DNA from: Patescibacteria group bacterium
GTDB taxonomy: Bacteria; Patescibacteriota; Minisyncoccia; Phycocordibacterales; BOKC01
DNA length: 64,000 nucleotides
Direction: 5' to 3'
Assembly (NCBI GenBank): GCA_038062955.1
Contig: JBBTWE010000001.1
Span: 389,640-453,639 of the forward strand
Shown here: positions 45,939 to 55,552 of the stretch, one piece after another
Layout: each line of letters begins with the position of its first letter
Position numbering within the stretch: the first letter of the stretch is position 1
Program-made: the position numbers and the translations under genes
The notes under the pieces: generated by a model
What the model was told of the DNA's origin: nothing
Databases searched by the model: none
Seen by the model: the letters and a program-made list of their open reading frames with translations, nothing else

Positions 45939-47081
45939 TTATCTCATAGTGGCCTTAAATTGAGCCACAGTTTTTTCCTCTAATTTTTTATGGAGCTTAT
46001 CCACTTCTTCGTTAGTTAAAGTTCTTCCAAGAGAGCGGTAAATAACTCTGAAAGTATAACTTATTTTATCTTTGCCAAATTTTTTTTCGTCTTCGTAGGT
46101 GTCTATCGTCTGCACTTCTTCAACAAGATCTTCGGCGACATCACGAACAACTTCATAATAAGAATTTAGCTTGACTTCCTTGTCAATAATAAAAGAAATG
46201 TCTCTTACAATCGGCGGATATTTGCTTACTTCTTTGAACTTACTATCTATATTCTTAAACTGTTTCGTAATTCTCTCGTCGTTAGACCAAAGAATCCTGA
46301 TGTCTGGAATACCCATTTTTATCATAGCCAGCCTTTCCCCAAAACCAAAAGCTAGACCGTTGTATTTTTCTGGATCCAAATTAAAATTTTTAAGAACTTG
46401 TGGATGGACCAGTCCCGCACCATTTACTTCAAGCCATTTACCGTTAAATTTTATATCCATTTCAAGAGAAGGGTTCGTGAAAGGAAAAGTATCAACTAAA
46501 AATTTATACTCAATTTGAGAGCCCAATACGCTCTTGGCCATATCAATTTGGACTTCTTCAAGGTCTTTAAGGGTAAGAACTTTTTTTGATTTTTTACAAA
46601 TATATAGTCCATCAATCTGGTGAAAGGCTGGATAATGATTTCTATCAATCTCATCTTTTCTAAAAACAATACCGGTAGAAAGAGCGGCGATTTCTCCAGT
46701 ACTTTCCAATCTTTCCAAAACCTCCTTATCTGTGAGGTAAAATGACCACATAACTGTCATTTGGGTCCGGAGAAGATTATTTTGGTCAAGGTAATAAGTG
46801 TCCGTTTCACCGCGGCTTGGATGATTTTGAGGGGTATTTAACAAATCGAAGTTTTCTTTCACTGTAACCACACGTGGAAATTCAACCAAATCAAAATCTT
46901 TGAAACGCTGGAGGGCTAATATTTGATCGAATAAAATTTTTACTGGGGAATTTTTCTTTTTGGTCAAATCCGGCAGAGCCAGAAGATTTTGAATACGCAA
47001 ACTTTTGAAATCAGTCTGTTTTTTTATCTCTTCTATAAGATCTTTTTCTCTCTGGGTGTCAATGATGATATTTCTTCTCAT
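45939..47081 (-). CDS. pheS: Phenylalanyl-tRNA synthetase catalytic domain fused to an FDX-ACB anticodon-binding domain
   Basis: NFDLLNTPQNHPSR..DTYY, FRKDEID..HYPAFHQ, FPFTNPSLE, WLEVNGAG; C-terminal YPPIVRDISF...YRSLGRTLTNEEV. Confidence 0.9.
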   Translation of the reverse strand: MRRNIIIDTQREKDLIEEIKKQTDFKSLRIQNLLALPDLTKKKNSPVKILFDQILALQRFKDFDLVEFPRVVTVKENFDLLNTPQNHPSRGETDTYYLDQNNLLRTQMTVMWSFYLTDKEVLERLESTGEIAALSTGIVFRKDEIDRNHYPAFHQIDGLYICKKSKKVLTLKDLEEVQIDMAKSVLGSQIEYKFLVDTFPFTNPSLEMDIKFNGKWLEVNGAGLVHPQVLKNFNLDPEKYNGLAFGFGERLAMIKMGIPDIRILWSNDERITKQFKNIDSKFKEVSKYPPIVRDISFIIDKEVKLNSYYEVVRDVAEDLVEEVQTIDTYEDEKKFGKDKISYTFRVIYRSLGRTLTNEEVDKLHKKLEEKTVAQFKATMR

Positions 47082-47096
47082 TTTTGTTTTCTAGGG

Positions 47097-47169
47097 AGCC
47101 GCCTCCCAGACTTGAACTGGGGACCTTTGCTTTACAAAAGCATTGCTCTACCAACTGAGCTAAGGCGGC
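47097..47169 (-). tRNA. tRNA-Thr(UGU), CCA not encoded
   Basis: GCCGCCTTAGCTCAGTTGGTAGAGCAATGCTTTTGTAAAGCAAAGGTCCCCAGTTCAAGTCTGGGAGGCGGCT folds as a cloverleaf with anticodon TGT. Confidence 0.95.
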
Positions 47170-47315
47170 GTATAAAACTAATAACTTGATAATCTGAATG
47201 TGCTATTTTGATTGATTCCTACCAAGACAGCTAAGTCCTGGCGTACATAAATTAATAACTCACTAATATGAATGCATCATTTCTGGTCGATTTCTACCAA
47301 GACAGCTAAGGCGGC
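47148..47315. repeat. Degenerate 71-75 bp tandem repeat containing copies of the tRNA 5' end
   Basis: CTACCAAnnnAGCTAAG at 47148, 47219 and 47294; the spacers are similar to each other. Confidence 0.75.
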
Positions 47316-47400
47316 AAAATCAATGCGATACCAATTTACGAATTCAGCACACGACTAGTCTACAACATTTCACAATTCTGCACAAAAAAATCTGTCATTA

Positions 47401-48477
47401 TTACAAAGCGGAAGCTAGTTTTCTTAATCTGTCAGTCGCCACTTTGCGAGATATTGTTTCGGCTTCCCTAACCGTCAAATCACCCGCCACTATCTCTTTA
47501 AATAAAGATTCTTGGGCGGCAGGACGACTTTGAAGCATGAGTAACGGCCTTGTATGACCTTCGGTGATTTTTCCTTTCTTCAACGCTTCAAGCATCGTGT
47601 CTGGAAGAGATAGGATACGAAGCGTGTTCGAAACATGTTCTCGGCTTTTGCCAATTTTTTCAGCAATTTGAGTATGTTTTAAATTAAAATTACTCGATAG
47701 TTTTGTAAACGCTTTAGCCCTAGCAACTGGATCCAAATAGCCGCGTCTTAGATTTTCGATTATGACGAGTTCCCCATTCATCACATCCCCCTCTGGACCA
47801 GTTCGTACAAGAACTGAAGATTGGACGGCACTATGACCCCGAACCCTCTTTCTAGGTTTTCTTTTTATTTTCGGTAAACTTGCCGGAACCTCTTGGTTTA
47901 TATGACTTTTGCCACGAGCATGTTTTGGCGCTTTTAAAGCTGAAGCGGATGAAATCTTTTTAATAGCGATAAGTTCTTTAACGGAAATATCCGAGGATTT
48001 AGGATTGGCGGGTTTTAATATAGCGCTTATAGGCGGAGTTGGCGTTTCAACCCGAACCGATCCTGAATTCAAATGTTCTTTAATAACCGCAGGTGGTTTA
48101 TTTTGAAGCACAACGGACGGATTTTTTTCCTCCGAAATTTCTTTCAAATACTTGCTTGTAGTTCGGCTTTTCTCTCCTTGAAGATACTTGCCGCGGATAT
48201 CATCTTTAATTTTTTTGAATCTTTTTTGAATTCGACTTCCATTTTTATTGATCACCCTTCGAATAAAAAAGGGGGCCTCCACCAAAAAAAATAATCTTAG
48301 CGAACGTTTGATGGAACGCCAAGATACTAAAAATCGCTGAAGTGAACGCCTCACCTGATAATCCTTGATAGAAAAAAAACGTGAAATCCCTGTGATTTTT
48401 TGTCTTTTATCTTCCCAGAATTTGAAAGTAGCAAAGGAGAATATAAAAATACCTGATGCAAGAAAAATAAAAAACAT
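47401..48477 (-). CDS. ParB/Spo0J-like HTH protein with N-terminal membrane segment
   Basis: IIENLRRGYLDP...QIAEKIGKSREHVSNTLRILSLP...GKITEGHTRPLL...LTVREAE; hydrophobic N-terminus; no GxRR box. Confidence 0.75.
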   Translation of the reverse strand: MFFIFLASGIFIFSFATFKFWEDKRQKITGISRFFSIKDYQVRRSLQRFLVSWRSIKRSLRLFFLVEAPFFIRRVINKNGSRIQKRFKKIKDDIRGKYLQGEKSRTTSKYLKEISEEKNPSVVLQNKPPAVIKEHLNSGSVRVETPTPPISAILKPANPKSSDISVKELIAIKKISSASALKAPKHARGKSHINQEVPASLPKIKRKPRKRVRGHSAVQSSVLVRTGPEGDVMNGELVIIENLRRGYLDPVARAKAFTKLSSNFNLKHTQIAEKIGKSREHVSNTLRILSLPDTMLEALKKGKITEGHTRPLLMLQSRPAAQESLFKEIVAGDLTVREAETISRKVATDRLRKLASAL

Positions 48478-48491
48478 GTTAATTGAGAACT

Positions 48492-49073
48492 CTATATCGC
48501 GAAGCGCACAAATCTTCTCACTTCAATCTTTTCACCAAATTTTTGGACAGCTCCCTCTATAAGCTGACTTACCTTTAAATCCTGATCTTTTATAAACGAC
48601 TGTTCCAAAAGAATTTTATCGGCAAAATAAGCATCGAGTTTTCCTTCAAGAATTTTCGCTTTTATATTCTCTGGTTTGCCTAGAACTTCTTTTACAAAAA
48701 CTTCGGCCGCTTTTTCTCTAACCTCCTTTGGTACATCTTCTTTTTTCAAATATTCAGGTCCTGATGCAGTTACCTGCATTGCAATGTTATAAGCCAACTT
48801 TTTAAATTCTTCGTTCTTGGCAACGAAATCTGTTTCACAGGAGAGCTCAAGGAGAGCTCCTACTGCTCCAGTTTGATGAACATAAGAGGCTATGAAGCCG
48901 GCTTTTAATTCCCGGTCTGATTTTTTCTCTGCTACTGCTTTGCTTTTCTTTTGTAAAATAATAAGAGCTTTATCCATGTCTCCTCCGGCTTCTTCCAAGG
49001 CTTTTTTGCATTGCATAACAGAGATGCCTGTGCGATCTCTTAAATCCTTAACTTGCTTTGTATCTATCGTCAT
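48492..49073 (-). CDS. tsf: Elongation factor Ts (short form)
   Basis: VKDLRDRTGISVMQCKKALEEAGGD, ELSCETDFVAKN. Confidence 0.96.
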   Translation of the reverse strand: MTIDTKQVKDLRDRTGISVMQCKKALEEAGGDMDKALIILQKKSKAVAEKKSDRELKAGFIASYVHQTGAVGALLELSCETDFVAKNEEFKKLAYNIAMQVTASGPEYLKKEDVPKEVREKAAEVFVKEVLGKPENIKAKILEGKLDAYFADKILLEQSFIKDQDLKVSQLIEGAVQKFGEKIEVRRFVRFAI

Positions 49074-49203
49074 CTTGGTTTCAACTTAATTTAATTTGCT
49101 AAGTATATCAAATATTAAAAAACATACGAACAATATGTGTGAATAACACTCAAAAATTAAAGGGATTTTGAAGAGTCCCTAGTTAATTATAGCAATGGAG
49201 GTT

Positions 49204-49992
49204 CTATTTTACAGCTTTCTTTGGAGCGACTTCTCTCTTTGTCCTAACTTCAACCTTCGGGGTAATGTGGGTCTTTGGAGCAATTATTGGCTTTGAAATT
49301 TCTGGACGAGTTTTTCTTCCTTCTTTGAAACTTTCGATTATTTGTTTAACAAAAAATTCAATGCTTGATACAGAAGTGTCGTTACCTGGAATCGGAAAAT
49401 CTACTAGGTTCAAATCACAGTCCGAACCAGAAAGGCTCAAAACTTTAACTCCTTTTTGTTTTGCTTCGCTCACGGTAATAGCTTCCTTTTTAGAATCAAC
49501 AACAAATATTGCTTGTGGCAATGATTTTAAGAATACCAAACCTGAAAACATTTTTTCCAATTTTTCTATTTCTCTATCGATAAGAAGACGTTCTTTCTTG
49601 GTGTATTTTGCCAACTCCCCCTTTTCTCTTTGTGCAGTGAGATTTTCCATTTTTTCAACTCTTTTTCTGATCTCTGGAAAATTAGTGAGAGTGCCACCGA
49701 TCCAGCGTCCAGCAACATAAGGCATATCAATGCTTGATGCTTCTCTTTTTATGATTTCTTGAGATTCGCTTTTACTTCCAACAAAAAGAATTGAACCGCC
49801 TTCAGAGGCTACTTTTTTTGCAAATTCTTTAGCTTCTGCCAAGCAGACCGATGTTTTTTCTAAATCAAATATTTCTATTTCGTTTTTAGCACCAAAAATA
49901 AAAGGCTTTGCTGAAGGATGCCTTCTAGATTTAGAAAAGGCAAAGTGAGCGCCCACTTTGAATAACTCTTTGATCTCGTTTTCGGTCGTCAT
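49204..49992 (-). CDS. rpsB: 30S ribosomal protein S2
   Basis: GAHFAF, RWIGGTLTNF, IPGND; adjacent to tsf. Confidence 0.96.
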   Translation of the reverse strand: MTTENEIKELFKVGAHFAFSKSRRHPSAKPFIFGAKNEIEIFDLEKTSVCLAEAKEFAKKVASEGGSILFVGSKSESQEIIKREASSIDMPYVAGRWIGGTLTNFPEIRKRVEKMENLTAQREKGELAKYTKKERLLIDREIEKLEKMFSGLVFLKSLPQAIFVVDSKKEAITVSEAKQKGVKVLSLSGSDCDLNLVDFPIPGNDTSVSSIEFFVKQIIESFKEGRKTRPEISKPIIAPKTHITPKVEVRTKREVAPKKAVK

Positions 49993-50068
49993 ATATATGT
50001 TTGTTTTGATTTATACAGTACAAAAAATGTTATCAAATAAAGCTAAATTATGCAAATTAGTTAATATT

Positions 50069-51049
50069 TTAATCTTTCTTCTCTTTTGCCTCCTTTTCCG
50101 CTTGCACAAGACTCTCGAGGATATCATCGAGTTTACCAGCCAAGATGACATCGACATTGTGCCAATTTTGCTTTATCCGATGATCAGTGATTCTGTCTTG
50201 AAGAATGTTATAAGTTCTGATTTTTTCTGATCTATCACCACTACCAATCTGCCCCGCGCGATTGGATGCATACTTTTTCTCTTCTTCTTCTCTTTGCAAC
50301 TGTTCGATTTTGGCAGTCAAGATTATCATCGCTTTCTCTCGATTTTTTAGCTGACTGCGTTCCGCTGTAGACCTAACGTCGAGCCCCGTCGGCTTATGAA
50401 TCAGCCGAACAGCTGTTTCCACCTTATTAACGTTTTGCCCACCAGCTCCACCTGAACGTGAAAATTCAATTTCAATATCTGTGGGTGCAATTACAATTTT
50501 CGAATGAACTTTGATAGGTAAAATAGCAACGGAAGCCGTCGAAGTATGAATTCGTCCAGATTTTTCCGTTGGCGGCACTCTCTGAATACGATGGACTCCG
50601 GTTTCAAATTTGAGTTTTTGGAATGCATCCTTACCATCTATTTCAAAAACTCCTTCCTTAAAACCGCCAAGCGAACTTCTTGATTCACTTATAATCTTAA
50701 CGCTCCACCCCTGCGACAAACAGAAGTTTTTGTACATTTCCGAAAGTTTGGCGGCAAAAAGCGCGGCTTCTTCCCCACCAGCGCCTGCCCTGATTTCCAT
50801 AATCATTTTAGAAGGACTTTCATCTTCTTCTGATGAATCAACTTCGTCTTTATTTAAAATCCCTTCCATTTGCTCTATTAAAAGTTTTTTTTCTAATACT
50901 ATTTGAGCAATTTCAGAATCAGCCATTTCCTTCAAAGTTTGATCCTTTGCCGCCATCTCTCTTAATTCCTTTTCTTTTTTTTCTAGTTCAACAAAAAGAC
51001 CCGCGAGATATGCGGTTTTTGAATTTTGACTGAAACGAGTTATGTCCAT
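50069..51049 (-). CDS. prfA: Peptide chain release factor 1
   Basis: [16 protein letters not shown] (PxT), [10 protein letters not shown]; start set at MDITRF. Confidence 0.94.
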   Translation of the reverse strand: MDITRFSQNSKTAYLAGLFVELEKKEKELREMAAKDQTLKEMADSEIAQIVLEKKLLIEQMEGILNKDEVDSSEEDESPSKMIMEIRAGAGGEEAALFAAKLSEMYKNFCLSQGWSVKIISESRSSLGGFKEGVFEIDGKDAFQKLKFETGVHRIQRVPPTEKSGRIHTSTASVAILPIKVHSKIVIAPTDIEIEFSRSGGAGGQNVNKVETAVRLIHKPTGLDVRSTAERSQLKNREKAMIILTAKIEQLQREEEEKKYASNRAGQIGSGDRSEKIRTYNILQDRITDHRIKQNWHNVDVILAGKLDDILESLVQAEKEAKEKKD

Positions 51050-51065
51050 AAAAAAATAGGCACTA

Positions 51066-51085
51066 CCTGCCTGCCGGCAGGCAGG
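51066..51085. repeat. 20-bp perfect palindrome (family C)
   Basis: CCTGCCTGCCGGCAGGCAGG between rpmE and prfA. Confidence 0.9.
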
Positions 51086-51112
51086 GGCCTTTGAAAAAAC
51101 CAAAAAGAGAAT

Positions 51113-51466
51113 CTACTTTGCAGCAGTTTTTTTATCTTTAATCTTTGTGGCGGCTGTTCTTTTAGCTTTGAATTTTTCTACTCTTCCAGCAGAATCGAGA
51201 ATTTTTTCTTGTCCTGTATAAAAAGGATGGCATTTACTACAAATTTCCACGTTGATTTCTTTTTTTACTGAACCAACTTTAAACTTGTTTCCGCAAGCGC
51301 AAGTAACAATTGCATCAGGAAAATATTCTGGATGAATACTTCCATTGTTTTCTTCTGCAACAGCCTTTGTTTCTTTTGACTCTTTTGTTTTAGCTGTTTT
51401 TACTTGGGGAACTTTCTTTGGAGCTCCTTCGGTTGGTTTTTTCTCTATTTTTGTATCTTTTGTCAT
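51113..51466 (-). CDS. rpmE: 50S ribosomal protein L31 with Lys/Glu-rich N-terminal extension
   Basis: IHPEY...CACG...[12 protein letters not shown]. Confidence 0.93.
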   Translation of the reverse strand: MTKDTKIEKKPTEGAPKKVPQVKTAKTKESKETKAVAEENNGSIHPEYFPDAIVTCACGNKFKVGSVKKEINVEICSKCHPFYTGQEKILDSAGRVEKFKAKRTAATKIKDKKTAAK

Positions 51467-51693
51467 GGTTATAATTTAATTAGAGCCTGCTCTTAACGGC
51501 ATTTAAAATACCATAAAACCAATAAATTGCAAAATATTAGTTAGTAAGTTGAATTAAGAAAAAATTCTAACCTAACAGACTTCATTTCTGGCCAAGTTTT
51601 CTTTGGTAGCAAATTTCTACAAAAATTACATCTTAGAAATTAAAGACGGCATTCTTCAATCTAAGTTGAAAGGATTAATGGTCTCAAAATCTA

Positions 51694-52590
51694 TTAATCA
51701 AACCGCAGTTCTTTTATGTATAGCAATCGAGGTGCCTCTACATCATACGCATATGGGATCGGAGAAACCCATTCGTAAGCGCCGTATCGTAATATATTTC
51801 TGCCCTCCCAATGGACATCAGCGACAACATCGCTACCAAAATCACCACCTCCTCGCACAAAAGTCTGGCCAGATGACAAGGTTACTGACGAAGAATAAAG
51901 ACCGGTTTTCAAATCAAACACATGCAGGCTTTCCGGAACAATCGACTGCTTGCGAGCAATAGTGACAAGATTAGCCTCAAGATAGAAAGTTTCACTTACA
52001 TGAGCGAGCATGGCTATCCGATCATCAGAGATAAGATAATATTGTGCTATATCGTTGCTTGGTAGCTCGATCTCTCGAAGCTGTCCAGAAGCAATATCAT
52101 ACTCAAATATTGCTAATGGGGTGTATACCTCTGTTTCCCAATAAAGTCTTGGGCGAAGATAAATCTTGCCGTTAGGTATGCCTTCAAAAGAAAGCAAATC
52201 AAGATAGTAATAATGATTTGTCTTGGGGGCAAATTCTGGCTTAGGATCGAGCAGTTTTTTTGCAAGTCCCTCAATCAGCACACGTTCTGTGCCATCAATT
52301 CCTACTTCGATTAATCGAGCATCTGTTTTTGGATACAGATTGGGCACATCACTATTATCAAAAGGGGCAATACTGCGATCACTGTTATATGATTCAAATA
52401 CATAAACATTGCCGTAACCCTTAGGTCCTGACCACTTCCTGGAGAGATCTGAATCCACAGAAACTTCACTAGCTGGTTCTATAGAGGGCTGGTTTGCTTC
52501 TTGTTCAGAACTTTGCTGGCTTATCTTGATTAACCAATATGCTCCGCTTAAAACAAGCACGACAATTAGAATTGTGATTAGGATTTTCAT
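51694..52590 (-). CDS. Hypothetical secreted or membrane-anchored protein
   Basis: 298 aa ORF, N-terminal TM segment, TAGTAT-6nt-ATG start. Confidence 0.7.
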   Translation of the reverse strand: MKILITILIVVLVLSGAYWLIKISQQSSEQEANQPSIEPASEVSVDSDLSRKWSGPKGYGNVYVFESYNSDRSIAPFDNSDVPNLYPKTDARLIEVGIDGTERVLIEGLAKKLLDPKPEFAPKTNHYYYLDLLSFEGIPNGKIYLRPRLYWETEVYTPLAIFEYDIASGQLREIELPSNDIAQYYLISDDRIAMLAHVSETFYLEANLVTIARKQSIVPESLHVFDLKTGLYSSSVTLSSGQTFVRGGGDFGSDVVADVHWEGRNILRYGAYEWVSPIPYAYDVEAPRLLYIKELRFD

Positions 52591-52631
52591 GTCTAGATAC
52601 TAGTACAAAACGACTAAAACACAAAATTGGA

Positions 52632-53975
52632 TCAAAAATTAAGAGGATCGATCATTGTCTCTTGAATTCTGGTTGCGTGAGCCAAAACACTATCCGCATA
52701 TCCCAATCCCCTCGTGGCCCATCCTCCTCCAGCATAATATCTCGCCGCCGCTTCCCGCTCGGCACTATATCCTCCGCCTCCTGCGCCCAAGTCCGCCAAG
52801 AATAAACCGGAAGCAAAGAACGCATGTCTTGGTTCCCACGGATTAGGAACACCGCCACCCACTAAAGATGCTAAGCGTGATTCATACATCACCCAAGTTG
52901 AAGGAATAAATTGAGATGGACCCATGGCGCCGCCATAGCCACCAGGTTGCGGGCAAGAAACCGGTTGAGTTGTAGCATCGAAGCCAAGCCGCCCAGCGAG
53001 TGCAAGAAACACTGGTACATCGCGAGTGGGATGCATCACCCCAGAGAAAAATCTGCCTGTATTTTTACCAACGCCGTCTCCGTTTGTCGTATTCTTCACA
53101 AAGCACTGCCCAATATTTTGACCCAAATTTGATTCTTGAGTCAGGATTCCAAGCAAGAATGCGGCCCTTACACCTGTTTTACTCTCCACAAGTCTCGCGT
53201 ATTCGAGTGCAGTACCGAAAGGAATAGCCGCGGTATCTCGCAAAGCAAAGAGAGCTGCCCTTATGCCAGCCGCTTTTTTCTCACGATCGATAATTACTTG
53301 CTCATATGATCTTTCATCCCTACGGCTTAAAGCGAGAAGTCTTTTTTGTTCGGCTTCGTTTGCTTCCACCCTTCTTCTTTCGGCTTCGGTCGCAACTTTA
53401 ATATCAGTTTCTTTATTTCTTTTAATACCCAATTCTTGTTTCTCAATTTCAAGCTGTTGTTTTGCTTCTCTGATTTCCACAAATGATAAGTGAAGAGCCT
53501 TATTGACCGAATCAAAGGTATCGAGATCAACCAGAAAATCCGAAAGTTCTTCTTGACTAAGAATAGTCTCCACTAAAGAAAATGATTCTGTTTCATTTAT
53601 TTTTCGAACAATTTGAGATAAAGATTCCTTACCTCGTCCAATTTTTGCATCAAGCGCTCCGATACTATTTAGTTTCAAATCTATTTCCTTAGAAAGTTGT
53701 TCGATCTTCAACTGCCCAGCTTTGATTGTGGCTTGAGCTTCTTTTATTTTGGCATTCAAAATCGCCACGTCTCTTGCAAAAGAAGCGGACTGACCCTGTT
53801 TGGTTCGGAGTTCCGCTTGCCAAATCAATATCTCTTTTTCAGTTTGCGCCAACTCCGAACGAAGCCTTGCTTCCCTCTCATCAATAGTTTCTGCCAAAAC
53901 AGTGTTAGAGTGTATTAAAAATGATGCAAAAAGTAGGAAAATTCCAGCAATTAAAATTTTTTTGCGTCTAAACAT
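52632..53975 (-). CDS. Coiled-coil protein with C-terminal lytic murein transglycosylase domain
   Basis: Signal peptide, long coiled coil, ILTQESNLG...GAMGPSQFIPSTW...PNPW; start set at MFRRKK. Confidence 0.85.
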   Translation of the reverse strand: MFRRKKILIAGIFLLFASFLIHSNTVLAETIDEREARLRSELAQTEKEILIWQAELRTKQGQSASFARDVAILNAKIKEAQATIKAGQLKIEQLSKEIDLKLNSIGALDAKIGRGKESLSQIVRKINETESFSLVETILSQEELSDFLVDLDTFDSVNKALHLSFVEIREAKQQLEIEKQELGIKRNKETDIKVATEAERRRVEANEAEQKRLLALSRRDERSYEQVIIDREKKAAGIRAALFALRDTAAIPFGTALEYARLVESKTGVRAAFLLGILTQESNLGQNIGQCFVKNTTNGDGVGKNTGRFFSGVMHPTRDVPVFLALAGRLGFDATTQPVSCPQPGGYGGAMGPSQFIPSTWVMYESRLASLVGGGVPNPWEPRHAFFASGLFLADLGAGGGGYSAEREAAARYYAGGGWATRGLGYADSVLAHATRIQETMIDPLNF

Positions 53976-54084
53976 CACGTAATTATAACGTATCAAAGTA
54001 GATTCAAGAAGCATGATTCATGATTTCATAGCTTCGCCAGATCCTGCGTAGCATGGACAAGAATAGGAAATAAACAAAAAAACA

Positions 54085-54104
54085 CCTGCCTGCCGGCAGG
54101 CAGG
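54085..54104. repeat. 20-bp perfect palindrome (family C)
   Basis: CCTGCCTGCCGGCAGGCAGG. Confidence 0.9.
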
Positions 54105-54128
54105 CAAACGAGACTACAGACTCAGACA

Positions 54129-54167
54129 ACAAAAAACACAAACAAATGATTTGTTTGTGTTTTTTGT
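54129..54167. terminator. Perfect 19-bp inverted repeat downstream of rplY (likely terminator)
   Basis: ACAAAAAACACAAACAAAT-G-ATTTGTTTGTGTTTTTTGT. Confidence 0.5.
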
Positions 54168-54192
54168 AGATGGATCAAATATGAAAGTTATA

Positions 54193-54891
54193 TTACTTGG
54201 TAGGATTTCCTGGAGCTTTTTTCTTAGGTTCCGCTTTTTCCTCTGCAGGTGCAGCGGCACCGGCTTCGCCTTCAACTTCCTTCTTACCCTTCTTTTCTAC
54301 CTCAATAGCTGACAAATCAACAGGGACTGCGACTTCTTCAACTACTTCTTTGATCTCTTCAACCAAAACAACTGCTTCGTCCGGCTTCTCAATCAACTTT
54401 ACTCCGTGTGGTAATTTTATATCTTTAGCTAAAATCTGGCTTTTAAAATCGAGGAGTGTGCTGATATCAACTTCTATCTCTTTCGGTAAGTCTTTTGGCA
54501 TAGCGGAAATGCTAAGTTCGTACAAAACTTTCACTAAAGTTCCACCCAAGTCTTTTACCGCAGGGGAAACACCTACGAATTTTATCGGAATATTAACTTC
54601 GAGAACGTGGCCTGCTTCGAAAACATAGAAATCAGCGTGTCTTGGAACATCAGTAATTGGATCCAAATCAACGTCGTAAACCAAGGCATCCTTTTCACCC
54701 ATGTCACCTTTCAAGGTTATAACTGATGATTCTCCCGCTTGTTTCCAAACTTTTAAAAAGTCACCCAAACTTACTGAAATAGGAGTGGATTTATCTTTCT
54801 TTCCATAGAAAACAGCTGGCATTTTGCCGCTTTTTCGGAGTTTCGCCATGTTTTCTTTCTTGTCACGAGTTTTTACATTCAAAGTAATCAT
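54193..54891 (-). CDS. rplY: 50S ribosomal protein L25/Ctc
   Basis: LRKSGKMPAVFYG, PRHADFY, PKDLPKEIEVDIS. Confidence 0.93.
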   Translation of the reverse strand: MITLNVKTRDKKENMAKLRKSGKMPAVFYGKKDKSTPISVSLGDFLKVWKQAGESSVITLKGDMGEKDALVYDVDLDPITDVPRHADFYVFEAGHVLEVNIPIKFVGVSPAVKDLGGTLVKVLYELSISAMPKDLPKEIEVDISTLLDFKSQILAKDIKLPHGVKLIEKPDEAVVLVEEIKEVVEEVAVPVDLSAIEVEKKGKKEVEGEAGAAAPAEEKAEPKKKAPGNPTK

Positions 54892-54926
54892 CGGGGTATT
54901 ATATTAAAAGTGGAGAAAAAGTAAAC

Positions 54927-54971
54927 CCCCACACCTTTAATTACAAATTTATTGTAATTAAAGGTGTGGGG
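54927..54971. mobile_element. Short palindromic element with 6-bp flanking direct repeat
   Basis: CCCCACACCTTTAATTACAA...TTGTAATTAAAGGTGTGGGG between two GTAAAC. Confidence 0.65.
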
Positions 54972-54992
54972 GTAAACCCTTTATTGTAGAAT

Positions 54993-55027
54993 AAAAAATC
55001 CTCGCGACAGTTGAACTGCGCGAGGAT
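54993..55027 (-). terminator. Intrinsic terminator of islet 4
   Basis: ATCCTCGCG...CGCGAGGAT followed by a T-tract on the minus strand. Confidence 0.75.
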
Positions 55028-55104
55028 CTGGGGTCTGCGGATTATGCAAGAGTCTAATCCGTCAGCGAACAAAGCGAGAAACGACAAACGCTACAGCACA
55101 GGGA

Positions 55105-55296
55105 TCAAGAGAACTCAACCGGACAGTCCTGATGTTCCCAGTATGGAATGCCGGCCAAGAAGCGCAAACTGTACATGCCGTTCGGAAGAAGAGCACCCTT
55201 CGGAAGATTCATGATTCCAGCCTGCTGTTGCGGAGCAGGCGGAGACGAGGGGACAACGGATGAACCCTCCACATTTCCATCATTGCTTTCGTGCAC
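55105..55296 (-). CDS. Small hypothetical protein (63 aa, islet 4)
   Basis: GGAGGTG SD 5 nt before GTG; lies within a promoter-terminator unit. Confidence 0.5.
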   Translation of the reverse strand: MHESNDGNVEGSSVVPSSPPAPQQQAGIMNLPKGALLPNGMYSLRFLAGIPYWEHQDCPVEFS

Positions 55297-55310
55297 GCCA
55301 ACACCTCCCA

Positions 55311-55435
55311 CCGAAAGAACATTCTGCCCATTTTACGTGGGCACTTTCCGGAACCTGCCGGAAACAGTTTGTCTCAACGCTGAGACGCAGCATCTATTCC
55401 GCTAGTATGCTACCAAACCCCCCTCTATTTGTCAA
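55311..55435 (-). promoter_or_regulatory. Islet 4 promoter, three-hairpin leader and boxA-like site
   Basis: TTGACA-17nt-TAGCAT; GTCTCA/TGAGAC, TTTCCGG/CCGGAAA, TGCCCA/TGGGCA; then TGTTCTTT. Confidence 0.6.
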
Positions 55436-55471
55436 AGGATATCTTTTGTGTCATAGATTTGATTTAAAATG

Positions 55472-55509
55472 AAAACGCCACGATTATCCAGTTGGATTTT
55501 CGTGGCGTT
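55472..55509 (-). terminator. Intrinsic terminator of islet 5
   Basis: AACGCCACGA/TCGTGGCGTT stem with T-rich tail. Confidence 0.65.
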
Positions 55510-55552
55510 CTTCCCGGGAGTGGAGTTGAAGCTCACCTCACAGGTTCGCAAA

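Noticed and set aside
51050-51103. N-terminal extension of RF1 containing PACRQAG
   Set aside because: It arises from an upstream alternative start reading through the intergenic 20-bp palindrome; ATG 51049 is the more plausible start.
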